This document shows, piece after piece, positions 1 through 64,000 of a stretch of DNA of 64,000 nucleotides (positions are counted from its first letter, which is position 1; each line of letters starts with the position of its first letter). The translations under genes and the position numbers were made by a program. A model generated the notes under the pieces. That model was not told the DNA's origin, did no database searches, and saw nothing but the letters and a program-made list of their open reading frames with translations. Origin of the DNA: Mobula hypostoma (lineage: Eukaryota); contig NC_086097.1 of assembly GCF_963921235.1 (NCBI RefSeq), forward strand, positions 43,216,001 to 43,280,000, in the 5' to 3' direction.

Positions 1-517
1 GTTGTCAGGGAACACTGCCTAACATTGGCCCAACTCAAACAACACTTCCATTGTCATTGGGCCTAAATACTAGATCTATTTTTACCCAACATTTATTATC
101 TCTCATTCAAATCTATATTGATTCCCTTAATAATTAAAAAATCATCTTGACCTTAAGTATAAACAAGGATTCTGCCCGCACAGCACTCAATGCAGGGAGC
201 TCCATAGACTTGGAACCCTCAATCTTCCTCATCTCAGCATTAAATGTGGGTACCCTCTTCTGTATTCTGGGAAAATGTCTTCCAGTTCTGGACTTATCCA
301 TGAGAGGAAACATCTTTTCAGTATAATGTTACATGGGTCCATAAGAATTTTATTAACGGTATATAAGGTATGTGGTTACATAAAAGCAGATCACAGGTTC
401 CGCATGACTTAATTGACAGATGAAACACTCATTAACGGCATTGTTTTTGCACGTTAACTTTCTTTCAACCACCCGCCTCCACTAACTTTTTTAAGAACTT
501 ATTAATGAATGTCCTAC

Positions 518-61746
<61,229 letters not shown>

Positions 61747-61900
61747 CTTCAGCACACTCAGTCGCGACACAGTCACCCTTACATTCTGCGCACGCGCCTG
61801 CTCCAGACGGTAAGTGCCTTGGCTCAATTTAACAGCAGACCCGCTTGATGTCAAAATAGCAAAACTCCAGAGTCAGGAAGTTTCCAGCAAAGGATACGCA
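61747..61900 (-). promoter_or_regulatory. NEMF 5' UTR / proximal promoter
   Basis: Local CpG enrichment just upstream of the ATG; NRF1-like tgcgcacgcgc (61787-61797); ETS-like caggaagt (61874-61881). Confidence 0.5.
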
Positions 61901-62399
61901 TTAAAATATTCTCAAAACAGTGATATTACTGCGCCTTTCTCTATATTGTATGTTCTCCAGTGGGTACTGAATACACATATAAACTTACAACAAAACTCTA
62001 CGCTGATAGAATCGGAGAAAAAGGAGGATATTCGGCCCGTCGTATCCATTCCCGATTAAAATTTCAATTTAAACAGTCCCGTTTCTCCATCAGATCGTTA
62101 TAAATTGTGCCAATCAAGTTCTCATTCAGTTTCCTTTCAGACAATAACTTCTTGACGTCTTTTTCAAATATCTTTACCAATTACCTTAAACCTGCACACT
62201 ATTCTTACTAATGACAGTTCATTCATTTTCACTTGGCTTCTCAAGTGTAATTACAATTAAACAACCTCAGCCTTCACTGTCCTAAAGAAAACAATTTCTG
62301 CTGAACCAGTCTTTAACACAACTAAACTTCAGTTTCTTCTCATACTTCCTCCATACCCTACTTTAGTGATATTACTTCCTTCCTAAAATATCATGAGTG

Positions 62400-63505
62400 T
62401 CTCCACTTGGCCTTGGATCACCTGGACATAACAATACCTACGCTAGGCTGCTTATTGATTACCACTCAGCATTCAACACAGTCATACTCTCAGTTCAAAT
62501 CAACAAGCTCCAAAACATCGGCCTTTGTACCTCACTCTGCAACTGGATCCTTGACTTCCTCATTGGGATACCACAGTCAGTGTGAATCAAAAATAATATC
62601 TCCTCTTCACTGACAATCAACAAATGCGCACGTCATGCTTAGCCCCCTACCCTCACTCGCTATGCCCATGACTATGGGCTAGACACAGCTCAAACAACAT
62701 CTATAAATTTGCCGATGCCACCACTATTGTTGGTAGAAATTTAGATGGTGATGGGGAGGCAATCAGGAGTGATATAGATCAGCTGACAAGAGTGCCAACA
62801 CAACTTTTATTGGCAGAATTTCAGATGGTGAGGAGGTGGCATACAGGAGTGAAGTAGATCAGCTAGTTAAGTGGTGCCGAAACAACAAATTTACATTCAA
62901 CTTCAGTAAGACCAAGGAATTGATTGTGAACTTCAGGAAGGGGTGGTCAGGGGAACACAGACCAATCCTCATCCTGATCAACAGTGGAAAGGTTCCAGTG
63001 CCTGGGTGTCAACATCTCTGAAGATCTATCCTGGGCCCAACCTATTGATGTAATTACAGGGAAGGCACAACAGCAGCTATATTTTATTGGTCACCAAAGA
63101 CTCCCGCAAATTTTTACAGATGTACCGGGGAGAGCATTCTAACTGGTTGTATCACTGTCAGGTATGGAGGGACCACTGCACAGGATCAAAAAAATCTGTA
63201 GAAAGTTTCATCATGGGCACGAGCCTCCCCGGCATTGAGGACACCTTCAAAGGGTGTTGCCTCATAAAAGCGGCACCCAACATTAAGGATCTCCATCACC
63301 CAGGATATGCCCTCTTCTCATTGTTACCATCAAGGAGGAGATACAGAAGCCTGAAGATACACTCAACTAACACACTCTCTCTCTCTATATATACACACAT
63401 ACATATATATAATTGTAATTTATTGATTTTATTATGTATTGCAATGTACTGCTACTGCAAAACAACATACTTCACAACATACACCAGTGATTCACTTGAT
63501 TCTGA
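62400..63505 (+). mobile_element. Rex1/Babar-like LINE fragment (decayed RT and 3' end)
   Basis: YARLLIDYHSAFNTV..LCNWILDFL, YKFAD, KTKELIVNFRK, HPGYALFSLLPSRRRYRS. Confidence 0.88.
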
Positions 63506-63764
63506 CCATAACTGTATGCAGTCTTCAGACTCAACTAGCATCTGTAGTCCAAATGGCTAAATGGAATCAGTTCTGGTTGAAACTGCCTGTCACATGCAGT
63601 ATTACTTAACACAGAATATTTTCGGATTTTTCTTACATTTCTCATGCTTTCCTTTGACATAGAAGATAGCTATTTTGACCCTCCCCCTTCCCACTTACCT
63701 GTAACATATTCACTCTCATATCCAATTCTACACCCCTAATTCTCTGGTCAACTACCTCAACTCT

Positions 63765-64000
63765 CCTCCTGCACTGCTGGGGGAGAAGCTGACAGTGATG
63801 CAGGTGGATGCTTCCCAGGTATCATGGATTCTTGATTACCTGACTGGCAGACCACAGTATGTGTGCTTGCAACACTGTGTGTCAGACAGAGTAATCAGCA
63901 GCACTGGGGCTCCACAGGGGACTGTCTTGTCTCCCTTTCTCTTCACCATTTACACCTCGGACTTCAACTACTGCACAGAGTCTTGTCATCTTCAGAAGTT
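63765..64000 (+). mobile_element. Rex1/Babar-like LINE RT, 5'-truncated, continues past window end
   Basis: Open frame ALLGEKLTVMQVDASQVSWILDYLTGRPQYV...TGAPQGTVLSPFLFTIYTSDF...HLQK. Confidence 0.88.

Noticed and set aside
61900..64000. 7SL RNA gene upstream of NEMF, as I recall in human
   Set aside because: No GCCGGGCGCGGTGGC-type 7SL sequence seen on either strand in the 2 kb available.

Overview
This is AT-rich vertebrate genomic DNA, most likely from a cartilaginous fish such as a ray or shark (inferred from the repeat landscape and protein divergence). The window holds one protein-coding gene, NEMF (ribosome quality control subunit, Rqc2 orthologue), on the minus strand. Coding exons 1-29 run from the ATG at 61746 down to 518, all with GT-AG junctions and consistent phases (2892 nt, 964 codons); the final exons lie beyond position 1. 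The introns are packed with mobile DNA. Penelope-like elements (GIY-YIG and RT remnants) and many short, often palindromic derivatives carry minimal hammerhead ribozyme motifs and show target-site duplications. Intron 12 contains a decayed class I endogenous retrovirus (LTR-gag-pol-env-LTR). There is also a full-length Tc1 element, a Charlie-type hAT element, two 79-bp hAT MITEs with perfect 8-bp TSDs, Tigger remnants, CR1, Rex1, L2 and RTE LINE fragments, and tRNA-derived SINEs with shuffled modules. Most ORFs in the supplied track are spurious or repeat-derived.
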